From Piromyces finnis finn (taxonomy: Eukaryota; Fungi; Neocallimastigomycota): a stretch of DNA of 64,000 nucleotides. The notes under the pieces were generated by a model, which was not told the DNA's origin, did no database searches, and worked only from the letters and a program-made list of their open reading frames with translations. The position numbers and the translations under genes were made by a program. Location: positions 372,001 to 436,000 of the forward strand of contig MCFH01000043.1 in assembly GCA_002104945.1 (NCBI GenBank), in the 5' to 3' direction. Below, in pieces: positions 36,801 through 49,688 of the stretch. Position 1 is the stretch's first letter. Every line of letters starts with the position of its first letter.

Positions 36801-39486
36801 AGTTCTAATATTTAAACGATACATCATATTATAATGATTTTTTAAGTAAACACTAGAACCTAAACAACGAATAACACCATTTGATAAAATAAGTTTACGA
36901 TCAGCTAAAATATCAGCTTCATCCATATAATGAGTCGTCATGAAAATAATTTTATCATTTTTCATAGAAGAGAGTAATTCCCATACATTTCTCCTTGATA
37001 CTGGATCAAGACCGGTAGTAGGTTCATCTAAAAATACGTACCTTGGATTACCTAATAAAGCAATAGCAACACATAATTTTCTTTTTTGACCTCCACTAAG
37101 ATTTTCAACTTTAGAATCCTTTCTCTTATACAAATCAACTTTTGTTAAAATATCTCTTACATTAACAATAGTATTTTTTAAGCCACTAAATATATTGATA
37201 TTTTCTTCTACAGTCAAATGATCAAATAAAATATTCTCTTGAGTACAAATACCTAATTAGAGAATTTTAAATAAAATTGTTAGAATACGGTTTTAATTTT
37301 TTTTTAATGGAATAAAAAAAAATTGCATTTATATTTTTAATTATTAATAATATTATTATCTATATTTAATATTTAATGAATAAAATTATTGATCTTTTTT
37401 CTATTTATTTTAATTTTGGTCAAGATATGTCTTTTTTTTTTAAATTATTAATACAATTATTCAAATTGCTTTATTCATTTTTAAATTTTAATAAAAAATT
37501 TATGAAGAATATAAAATTTACTTACCCATTTGTTGTCTAATTTCAGTTTTACAACTTTCAAATTCTTGTTCATCATAAATAATAATACCATTATTTGGTT
37601 GGATTAAACCGGTCATAATATTTACAAGTGTAGATTTACCTGCACCATTATGACCTAATAAACAAAAGATTTCATTTCGGTAGGCTTCGAAGGAAACATC
37701 ATTAAGAGCCAAGAATTTTTTATTGTGACTTTTAAATTCTTTATAAATATTTTTAACTTCCACACGAATTCTTTCTTGTCCTTGATAATCTTCAATATTT
37801 TCATTGTAAACATTTTCATTTTGATTATAACAATTTCTACCGATTCTAGATCTTCTCCAAGCAAGGAAGCTTTGATTTTCTTCAGAGAAATGGGCATCAA
37901 ATATTAATGCTAATATAAAGTAAAAGACAACATTCCATGCTAAAATAATAATTGAAATAAAAATATCTTTATTCATGAAAATATCTATAAAACCAATCGA
38001 ATCTTTGTTATTAAGGTCAAATAATTTTTCAAATAACATTCCTAAGGATATAGGAGACATAAATGCAGAAGCAATTAATTTAACGAGAGGAGAACTCCAT
38101 TTAAATATAATATAGGTTGTTGAAAATAGTGAAAATGTAATATCAGCAACGGAATAAGCTGTCTTTGCATTATCAAAGAAAGTGGAAAACAATAAAGTGA
38201 AATTTATTATAGTAGTGGCATATAGACAAAGAACAATTAATATGACCAAGGCTATATATAATTTTACAATTTTAAAGAGGAAAAGAACAGCAACCAGTAA
38301 AATAGCCATTAAATATAAATATAAAATATTTGATATAACCCATGAAAGCCAGAATGAGGATGGATGCATTCCTATAATCATTAAATAAGACTTTATTTTT
38401 CTTTCTTTTTCAGATACGATTAATTGAATCGTCGTTACCATTGGAAATAAAAAGAGTATTGTAATAAGAAAGAATACAATATTACTACTAAATGATTGTT
38501 TTGTTTTTTTTGGAGTATTTGTTTCTGGTAATTTACCAATATTTGCTTTAATATTTATAGATTTATTATTTGTAATTAATTGAATAAGTGATTGATCAAC
38601 TGCTACTTGAATTGGTGAAAATACTGAAAGATAGTTTGTTGTGTTATCACTTGATAATAAAGAATTGTAATCTTCTTCATCGGCAATAGGATTAGGTATA
38701 GAACTACTATCTACTCTTATCGTATATGATTTTAAATCTGGATGTATAATAATACCTGCAAGAAGAGAATTTGGATTATTTAAATAGTATTTTTCCATGG
38801 TTTCATCACTATCAAAAATTATTGATTTTACCATAGTTCTTTCAAAAATACTATTGCTCATAATAGAGTTGATAATATTTTCATTATTTCCTGGTACTAC
38901 AAATCCAATTTTACTGGTTTGGTCATTGAACAATAACGGGTTAGTTATAAAATTTGAACTTATATCCTGTGCTTCAGTTAAAAATTTTTGTGAATCATTT
39001 TTGTTGGTGTCTGAAGTAAAATTAGTTTTTCCCAATATTTTAAAAACAAAGACTTTATATATATATATATAAAGAATATATATTTGTGTATTATCCAAAT
39101 AAATAAAAAAATAATCAAAATATTATATATTTGTATATATTTATATATTATAAAATAAATAGAAAAACATATTTTTATTTTTTAAAAAAAGTCATTATAT
39201 AAAAGTAACTACTTTGATATTTAAAACATATATAGTTTTTGTTATTTTTTTTTTACCTGTATAAAAAGATACTATAATGAAATTGATAAATTCAAGAAAG
39301 AAATTCTTTTTATCCTTTTTCTTATAAAGGAAGTTTTTATTAATTAATGTTTTTAATTGCTTATAATATAAACCCTATTTACATAAATTTACAAAAATAA
39401 AAATATAATTCTTTTTGTTAAAAAAAAAAAAAGGAAAGAGTTTTAATGCATATATAATATTTATTAAGAATTATCCTTCATACCAT
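33869..39486 (-). CDS. Full-length ABCA-subfamily transporter (TMD-NBD-TMD-NBD). Model: complement join(39486..39484,39374..39257,39052..37526,37252..35617,35381..33869), 1598 aa
   Basis: N-terminal KQLKTLINKNF...KK..FFLE ABCA motif. NBD1: GHNGAGKST, LSGGQKRKL, FLDEPTTGLDP, TTHYMDEAD. NBD2: GPNGVGKST, LSGGTKRKL, MDEPTAGMDP, TTHSMEEAEALCDR. C-terminal SLEELF/SLDDVF. Exons total 4797 nt with matched phases. Confidence 0.93.
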
Positions 39487-42256
39487 TTTTTTCTATATTT
39501 CTGTTTTTAATTTTCGAAAAGATTTTTCTTTTTGTTTTTAAATACACATAATTCACAATTTTATATAAAACTAATAATAACTATAATAACAATAATAAAA
39601 TTGAATTATTTTAAAAACAATTTATATTATTATTATTGTTATTATAAGAGGTTCTCTTTAGCTTTTTCCCCCTTCTTCTTCCTTTAATTAATTCTGTTCT
39701 TTTTTTTTTTTTTTTTTGACCCTTGACTTTCTTATAGTCAAGTATAAAAAGGAAAATATAACAAAGGAAAAAAAAAAAAAAAAGAATTTAAAAACTTTTT
39801 TTGATATTTTGATGAAATTAATAAAAATTTTTGAAATTTCAATTGTTACACAATTAATTAATTTTAACCAATAAGATTTGAATTATTTATAACTTTATTA
39901 TATTTTTTTTTATTAAATATAAGCGTTATAAAAATAATTTTTTTTTTTTTAATAATAAACTTTTTATATAAATAAATAAAAATTACTATTATTCTTAAAG
40001 ATTAAATTCATTTTTATTGCCTACCAAAGTTTAGGTATAGATTAATATTATTAATATTTAAAACATTATTAATATAAACATTAAAAAGTAAAGGAAAAAC
40101 TTTTTAATAGTTTTCATTCATTATCATCAGACCTTTTTTTATTCAATGTATGAAAATAATAGTTATTAATTAGTGTATTTAAATTATAAATTTTTATCCA
40201 ATGATTTACTACATCTCAACATAATAAATTTTAATATAAAGTGTAAAAAAAATATTAATATTATTTCTATATAAAAGGTATATTTTATAAAGAATACACT
40301 TTATTTTTTTACTTTCAAAAGATCATATTTATTTGGTAGTAGATAGTATAAAAAAAAAAAAAACGGCTAGTGACCATATAAAGAATTTGTTTATGGGTAT
40401 TTTAATTTCATTTGTTAAAATATTATATAATCTTGCTTTAATAAATAATTTTAATTAAAAATAAAACAGGCACTTTATCATATTTATCATTCAACTAACA
40501 AATAATATCTTTGCAAATAAAGGTGAAAAGTCGTCTACAATTAAGAAAAAAAAAAAAAAGTTAAAAATTAAATAAATAACTAAATAAATTTCTATTATAA
40601 TAATAAAAGTAAATGAATGAATAATTATTTGACTTAATAATTCATTAGGAAAAATGTATAAATCTTCATTTTTATAATAAATAAAGTTTTGTTACCCTAC
40701 GATTTTCTTATTATTGTATTCATTATTATTTGTGTAAAAATTTATTCACTTTTTTTTCTGTATAATTAAAATATAATAGTAATAAAAAAAAGATGGTCAA
40801 CGTTTTATTTTTAAGCCTTTTATATCAAAAGGTATTATTATTACTTTAATACCAATTATTAATTGTAAAAAGAAGGACTTTAAATTTTAAAATAAAATAT
40901 GATAAAAGATGCTTAGAAAAAATGGAAAAAGAAAAATAAAACTTTCAATATAAAATTAAACAGAAATCGATTTTAATATAAAACTATTATTCAGAGAGAA
41001 AAGAAAATTACTCATTTACTATTCATTAAATTTATATATAAACATGGTAACAAAAGAACAATTCCATAGCATAATATATATATATATTTTAATAAATATT
41101 AACAATAATTGGTTAAACAAAATAAAAAAAAAAAAAAAAGCAACTTTTTTTTAATAATAGAAAAGAGAAATATAAAAAAATAGGTATATATAATGAATTA
41201 AAAAATTTTGTATAAAATTTATACAATGGAAAAAAATAAACATCTTTTTTTCTTTTAACAATAAAATAAAAATTTACTACGTTTCAATATATTTTGTTAC
41301 ATTTGTTTTAATATATTTTAATGTTGTATACAAATATTTATATTTTATAAACAATTAGTGTGTATAATCATACCAAAAAAGACGTTGTTGAAGAAAAAAA
41401 ATGTTATGGCAGATTCTTTGTGGATGATATTATTTTCATGATTTTATGATTTCGTTAGAAAAAGAATTCTTTAATAAATAATTACAGTAGGGGTGTTAGG
41501 AACAAAATAACCCTTGGTTTTAATAAATGTACCTATGTTTGTAGTTAAATCGATTAATTATGTTACCTCTTACCTTTTAACTTGATATTCATTTTCTATT
41601 TTGGAAATAAAGTCAACCACACACTGTTCTTAAATTTATTTAACTACAACTATATATAATATGTCCAAGGAACTATTAGGTTATATATAAATTAGTTTGA
41701 TCCCTTGAACTAAATTATCATGATTCATGATTTAAATTATCCCATTAGATTAATAAAAAAGAAAAAAAAAACTTTTAAATACTTTAAAAGTACCGATAAA
41801 AAATAATTCTAAAATAAAAGGAGGAAAAATTATTTATAAAATTTCTTTTCCTTTATACTAGTATAAAAAAAAATCATTCTTTCATCACTTGATATTAATT
41901 TAACCCTCTTTACACCAATATTTATTATATAATAATACTTTTTTTTTTATAATATTTATTTTTATTTTTATTTTGGTTTTTTTATATTTTTTATAATGGG
42001 ATATATTGTTTTTTTTTTTTTAACTTAGATATTTTGAGTTTAAAAAAATGAATTATTATAATACATAGTTACTACTAATGATTGTCATATGATAATAAAA
42101 ATTAATAGTAATAATTTTTAATAGTTTATGATTTAATACTTATTTTTTTCTTTCGTATGAATTATAAATCAAAAATGTTTAATTTATTGTGGCATAATAA
42201 ATCAAATATTTTTTTTTAAGCAAAAACATTAATTTTCATCTATTTTTACTTTAAAT

Positions 42257-44011
42257 CTAGTTACGAATACAACCAGTGATATCAGTAAGAACCTTTGGAC
42301 ATTCAACTTCAACAAAGGTCATCTTTGGATTATCAGCACCTAATAAGAATTCGAATCTCCAACGGCAACCAGCTTGAAGAGCTTCTGGGAAGGAGTCACA
42401 ATCTTCAATCTTGTCAATACCACCGTACTTCTTACCCCAACCGTTAGATCCACTTGGTAAACCGTACATATTAGTACAAGCATCGAAAATACCGACACCA
42501 CCACCTGGAATTTGAAGATCGAATTGGTTTGAACCGACATCAGCACCAGTGTTAGTAACTTGAACAACAATTTGCTTACCTCTAATTGGTGGTTCAGAGA
42601 AAGTAATAGCGTAACAAGCACAGCAAGAAACAGATTCACCACCTGGTAAAGCAGCAGCAGCAAAACCGTAAGATAAAACATCACTGACTGCCCATGGTTG
42701 TTGGTCTTCACACATATGTGAAATACCTTCAACATCGGTTTGACAAGCAGATGGAGAACTGAAATCAGTTAAAAGAGTCTTACCATCCATAGCACATTGT
42801 CTAACTGGTTGGGTGACATCAGCCTTACCTGGCCATGAACAAGATGGCTTACAACAATCGTAGTAACGAGTGGTGACACCTTTTTCAGTACCAACTGGGT
42901 ATTCTTGTGGACCCCAAGTTTTGTTAATAAGATCGTAACATTCATATTCTGGAATTTCACAACCTTCATCATTAACAACATCATAACCCCAGTTGTAACC
43001 CATTTGGTTTTCAGTAACAACACAGTTTGGTAATTTACACCATGGTTTACCGTGAACACCAACAGGACCAACAGCTGGTCTAATTGGAGCAGTTGGATCT
43101 GGTTCACATAAGGAAACCCATTCGTTAACTTCCTTACAACTAGTACCAACCATACAACAGGTAGAACCAGTCCAATCCTTACCACCACACTTACCATAGG
43201 CTTCAATATCTTCACCATGACAACATTGACCGTAAGAGAATACATCTGGTGGGGTACATTCCATTTCTTCATATTGTGGATAGAGAACTTCAGTAGAGGA
43301 AGAGGAAGTAGAAGTAGACTTTTTAGTAGTAGTCTTGGTTGGTTCCTTAGAAGTAGTAGCAGATGATTTTACAATACCACACCATTCGTCGTTTTCAACA
43401 CCCCAGTCACCACTTTCATCACTGTAAATTACGGTATCACCTTCACAGCATGGGTAGTCTTTTAAATATAGATAATTATTAATAATTTATTTAAAAAAAT
43501 TTTATATATTAAAATTGAATTATTATTACATAATAATCTTTTTTTTTTAACGTATTTTTATAAATACATATTAATTTTAAATATACCTGGAAGTGACCAG
43601 CAGGAAGCATCATTATTTGAAGATGGATTACATTTGGCTTCATCAATACCACACCAATCATCATTTTCTACACCCCATTTACCTTTTTATCCATTTTTTT
43701 TTTTTGAAAACAATTTTTTCACATAAAGTAATTTAAATAATAAAAATATATTGAATAATGTACATATTTTTAATTTTATTATAAATAAAATGAGTTAATA
43801 ATTAATTAATAATAATATTAAATAATTGATTGTTTTTTTATTTGTTTAAAAATATTTATCAGTATTGTTTTTTCAATAAATTACCATCATCATCTTCATA
43901 GATATCTTCACATCCTGAACAACATGGGTATCCCATACTTGTAGAAAAGCAATCAGCTTTAGCCATGGTAACTAAGGCTGATAAAATAGTAAAAATAGTT
44001 AACTTGTTCAT
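42257..44011 (-). CDS. GH45 endoglucanase: signal peptide, 2 fungal dockerins, Thr/Ser linker, CBM1, CBM10/dockerin-like module, GH45. Model: complement join(44011..43885,43682..43587,43458..42257), 474 aa
   Basis: Signal [19 protein letters not shown]. Dockerins [35 protein letters not shown] and [37 protein letters not shown]1 [33 protein letters not shown]45 motifs [14 protein letters not shown] and [13 protein letters not shown]. Two phase-1 GT-AG introns. Confidence 0.93.
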
Positions 44012-46107
44012 TGTTTTTTTATTGTATTAATTGTTTTATTGAATCAATCAATATTTGGTTTTTGTATTATTGTTAATTTTTAATTTGATAATAATTTTTT
44101 TCTTTTTTTTTTTTCAAGTTTCTTTATTTTTAAACCTATTCGAATCAATCGAACTTTTTTTTTTAGAATATTAGTTTGTTTAAATTTAAAAAAACTGTAA
44201 AAAAAAATTAAAAATAAAAATAAAAAAAAAAAAAGAAATATATTTAAAAAATTAAAAAATTAAAACTTTTTTTATTTATATATTACAAAAAAGTGTTTGT
44301 TTGTATATTCGTTATATATTATTAAAATATAAAATGAATATATTAAAAAAAAATTAAAATAAAATAAAATAATTAAAAAAAAACAATTATTTAAAATTTT
44401 TTTTAAAAGGTTAAAATTAATTTTTTATATTAAAAGGATAAAAAATAATAATAAATAAGGTTTGGAATTTAATGAATAACAATGAAATTACTAATTTTTT
44501 TTTTTAATATAAAATTCCTTTTAAATAAAAAAGATAATGTGCTTATCCTTTTTTATAATAAATTAAATATTATAATAAACAATGAAAAAGATAATATATT
44601 CGATTATAATAAAATTATTTATTATATTAAATAGATAATTAAAATTTATTATGTATCAATTTTCATATTTTATAAATATAATAAAATATTATAATAGACT
44701 TTTTAAAAATGTGAACCATCTTTAAAAGGAAATGATACCATTTATATCATATTAATTTATATAGAATAAAGTTATTCTTACATTAAATTAATATATAAAT
44801 TATACTAAATTATTTTAAAAATATTATTAAATAAAATTTATAATCTATTATTTTTATATATGAATTAATTAATAATTAATTTAATAATGATAATATAATT
44901 TACCATCACTATTTCTATATAATAATATTTAAACTTTGTTTAATATTAAATTATATTAAATATAATTGATAATACCATAAATAATATTTTAATATATTGA
45001 CTATTATATACGAATAATTACATAATATATTGTTGAATTAATTAACAGTTGACTACCTTTTTTTTTGTGTAAATGATTTTCATATATTACAATTACACAA
45101 ATTACACAATATTAAATAAGATAATGAATAATGGAAGTGGGTAGTTGATGTATTTATTGAATATATTATTATTCTAATATAATAATATAATATATTATAA
45201 TATGAATGATTTATATTTTTGTAATAATTACACAAGAAATTACTAATATTTTAATTATCGATGATTCATTCCTCTCGAAATGTACAATAAATGCTACAAA
45301 TAATTAATACATAATACATTATTATTTAAATGATTACATAGTAAAAATAGTACAATATTGTATTTTAACAATACTAATAATAATGATACTATTTTTTAAC
45401 ATTGTTATTTTTACCTATTATTGAAAGTTTTTTTTATTATATTCAACTTTACCTATATGAAATTAGTAAATATTTTATTTTCTTGATTATTTAAAGTTAA
45501 ATGAATGAAGTAGGATGTATTGGAATTTAATAAAATACGCATTTGATGAATAATATTCTATATTTATAATATATAGCTTTTTGTAATGAATGAAAAATTT
45601 TTTTTAGATATAATAAAATATATATAAAATTATTTAAATTTTTATTACTATAATGATTGATCCTTCTTTTGAATGCTTTTCTAAAGGATAATAGTTTAGT
45701 TGGAAGTATATACAAGATATTTTAAATTATGAATGATGTATGAATACTATGTATTAATAATCATAATGAATCAAATATACCGTTTTTTTTTCTGCTAAAA
45801 GAGCCATAAACATGTTAAATAAAAATTATATATAAAAAGTAAATTATTTAATTTTTACTATTACTTTATTTCAAATTATTTCAATTTTATAATAAATTAT
45901 GTATAAGATATGTAGTATATTTTTTTAAATATTAATATAATTTTATTTACAATAGAAAGTATGGAACGTTTTTACTACTTATTTATCTATGATAGTTTTA
46001 TTTTTTATAATTATTTTTAAAATAAAAGAATGATCTTTGGTTAAACATTAAAAAATGGTGTATTGAATCATGTATTTTTTTAATTTTTATATATAATTAA
46101 AAAACTC

Positions 46108-46260
<153 letters not shown>

Positions 46261-47784
46261 AGCAACAGATAATACTGAAAATAATAATCACAATTTAAAG
46301 CTTACATTCAAAATTTTAATCAAAGAATATTGCCGCTTTGTGTAAAATTCTAACCTTTAAATTAAAATTTTGTCCTAACATAATTAAATTAAATTTGATG
46401 AAACAAATGAAACAAAAAAGCAAAAAAGACATTTTTTTACCCATTTACTTTACACCTGCTTTTTTGTTTTAGTAGGAAAAAAAAGTTTTGAATATTGTTT
46501 TTTATTATATGGCATTTATAAAATGCATATTTTATTATTTTTATTTATTGTTTATTATATCAATATTATTATCACCTAATATAATGTAATATCACAAATT
46601 AAATAAATATATACAAGAAGTGTATCCTTTTTCTATTTACTAAAAAAAAAAGACATTCATAAAATAAAAAAAAGCATTAAAAATAAATGAATTTATAATA
46701 AATATTTATTATATATACAATCCACTTTTTGTTATATTATTAATAAATTCAATATTTGTTATTAAAAATATAATGAATAAAATTATATGTTGTAGAGAAA
46801 GAATAGTTTTATAGTCATTCTAATAATTTTATTCTATAGAATGGATCAAATGATTATCATTATTTGCATGATGCTCATGTGTTATGCGTTATTTTATGTA
46901 AATTAAACTTTGAATTTTTTTAAATATCTCCCAAAAATAAATTAACGCATAAAATTTGAATGGTTTAAAAATTTATTTCAAACACTTTTTTTACTATTTT
47001 ACTTTCTTTGATCTTCATTTAAAGTTTTTTTTTTATTATTTAAAAAACAAAAAAAAAAAAAAAAGAAACCTAAATTTGAATAAAGAAACATTTTATTAAT
47101 AAAATTATATATAAAATTATATATATTATATAATTTTTATTATATGTTCATTATATGTTCATTACAAATTAAATTTTCATGATATAAAAATCATTATAAA
47201 TCATTTATTCTTCATCTCTTTTTTTATCTATTTTTTTTATTTAAAAAAAACTTACCGTTTTAATAAATTATATATTAATTATCCTTTTTTTTTTTAAATA
47301 ATAATAATTAAAAAAAAACTTTTTATAATTTAACCACCAACTAACAACCAGAAATTAATTTATTTTTGGTGTAACTTTTCCAACTTTTTAATATTAATAT
47401 CTTTAATAAAAATTAAAAATTCACCAATAATTTTAGTTTATTTTTCATGTTCAACCTAAAGTGTAAGGACAAAATATTAAAATTTAAAAAAATGTTTCAA
47501 AAATTTAAATAATATCAAAGTTTTATTTAAAAGGTTCTACCAATAATAATAATAATAATAATTATACATAATAATAATAATAACAAAAAAATATATAAAG
47601 AAACTATTTTCTTTATTTTTTTTGGTAATATTTTATAGAAAATAAAAAAAGTTAATTATTATTATTGATTAATAATAAAAATAACTAGATAAAAAAAATT
47701 ATTATATATATATTTCACTGGTTGAAATCTTTTTTTTTTTTAAACTATATACTCAAACACTCTCGTTTATTTAATTAATAAAAA

Positions 47785-48846
47785 ATGAAATTTTCAATTG
47801 CTACTCTCGCTTTACCATTAGCTTCTTCTTTAGTTGCTGCTCAAAGTTTCTGTTCAGGTTCTAGTCACTCTGGTCAAAGTGTCAAAGTTACTTCCAATAA
47901 GGTTGGTTCTATTGGTAGTGTTGGTTATGAATTATGGGCTGATAGTGGTAACAACAGTGCTACTTTCTATTCTGATGGTTCATTCTCATGTACTTTCCAA
48001 AACGCTAAGGATTATTTATGTCGTACTGGTCTTTCATTCGATAGTACTAAGACCCACGATCAACTTGGTCACATGTACGCTGATTTCAAGCTTGTTAAGC
48101 AAAACATTCAAAATGTTGATTACTCCTATGTTGGTATTTACGGTTGGAGTAGAAGTCCACTTGTAGAATATTACATTGTTGATAACTGGCTCAGTCAATG
48201 GCGTCCAGGAGATTGGGTTGGTAACAAGAAGCACGGTGATTTCGTTATTGATGGTGCTACTTACACTGTCTACGAAAACACTCGTTACGGTCCATCTATT
48301 GATGGTGATACTCAATTCAAGCAATTCTTCAGTATTCGTCAACAAGCTCGTGACTGTGGTACTATTGATATTACTGCTCACTTCCAACAATGGGAAAAGC
48401 TTGGTATGAAGCTTGGTAAGATGCACGAAGCTAAGGTTTTAGGTGAAGCTGGTAGTACTGGTTCTGGTACTAGTGGTACTGCTGATTTCCCATACGCTAA
48501 GGTTTACATTGGTAGTAATAATTCTAGCAGCAATAGCAACAGTAACAACAACAACAACAATAACAACAACAATAACAGCAACAGTAGTTCATGTTCTGCC
48601 AAAATTCAACAACAAGGTTACAAGTGCTGTTCAAGTAAATGTAATGTTACTTATGTTGATTCTGATGGTACTTGGGGTTATGAAAACAACCAATGGTGTG
48701 GATGTAACAATGTTAACAACAACTCCAACTGCAGAAAAGTTGGTGATTATTCATGCTGTAAGTACACTACCGAAGTTGCTTTCGTTGATAGTGATGCTAA
48801 ATGGGGTGTTGAAAACAATGACTGGTGTGTAATTAGCAATTTTTAA
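47785..48846 (+). CDS. GH11 endo-1,4-beta-xylanase with Asn/Ser linker and two C-terminal fungal dockerins, 353 aa, intronless
   Basis: Signal peptide. YGWSRSPLVEYYIVDNW (nucleophile Glu) and HEAKVLGEAG (acid/base Glu). By recall the catalytic domain closely resembles the Neocallimastix XynC-type catalytic domain. Dockerins GYKCCSSKCNVTYVDSDGTWGYENNQWCGC and DYSCCKYTTEVAFVDSDAKWGVENNDWCVI. Confidence 0.96.
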   Translation: MKFSIATLALPLASSLVAAQSFCSGSSHSGQSVKVTSNKVGSIGSVGYELWADSGNNSATFYSDGSFSCTFQNAKDYLCRTGLSFDSTKTHDQLGHMYADFKLVKQNIQNVDYSYVGIYGWSRSPLVEYYIVDNWLSQWRPGDWVGNKKHGDFVIDGATYTVYENTRYGPSIDGDTQFKQFFSIRQQARDCGTIDITAHFQQWEKLGMKLGKMHEAKVLGEAGSTGSGTSGTADFPYAKVYIGSNNSSSNSNSNNNNNNNNNNNSNSSSCSAKIQQQGYKCCSSKCNVTYVDSDGTWGYENNQWCGCNNVNNNSNCRKVGDYSCCKYTTEVAFVDSDAKWGVENNDWCVISNF

Positions 48847-49688
48847 ATTCTTAAATGAATAAAAATTATTCATTTTGAAAGATATGAAATTTTTATATGA
48901 TATTTATTATTGATTAATAAATATCATAAAAATTCATAATATATTTATTGTTATTATATTAAATGTATTTATTGTATCTTTGTATATTTTTATAAAGTAA
49001 AAATAATAAATAAAATATAATTTAAATTATAATTTATTAAATAATTGAAAATCAATTATTGAGTAAAAAAAATAATGTTGATCTATATATTTAGAAATAG
49101 TCTGATTAAAATATAAAAATTGTTCAAGTTATTGAACGCCTACAAATTAATACATGTTTGGGTTTTAATGAATGGTTGAGTTAAACTAAAAGAGGAAATA
49201 TTAGAATATTTGATAGGATAGTGTATAAGTAAATTATGAATATAAATATAATACATAAAGCATTATTATTTAATTATTTTCATATTACATTATATGTAAT
49301 TATTATATAATATATAATAGTATAATAATGAATAATGCATTTAATATGGTATTTTTTTAAAATAATATAATTTAAAGGTTGTACTAAAGGTAAAAATATC
49401 TTTAAAAAAACTATTTTTTTTATTATTATTTCTACCCTTTTAATAATTATAAATAATAATGTTTTATTTATTTATATAAGCATTTTACTTCTATAATAAT
49501 TTATTAAATAATTTTAAAATTATACATTATCTAAAATACATATTATCAATATTCCCATAGTTTTTTTTTTTTTTTCTTTTTAAAATATTTTTGTAAATAT
49601 ATTTTTATAACATTCAAAAATAATAAAAAAAAAATTTTTTTTTCTGACATTTTTCTTCAGGAAAAGACTTTTTTTTTATTTTTTCCTT

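Noticed and set aside
37518-39098. Three separate ABC ORFs as half-transporters
   Set aside because: GT-AG introns join them in frame into one 1598-aa ABCA.
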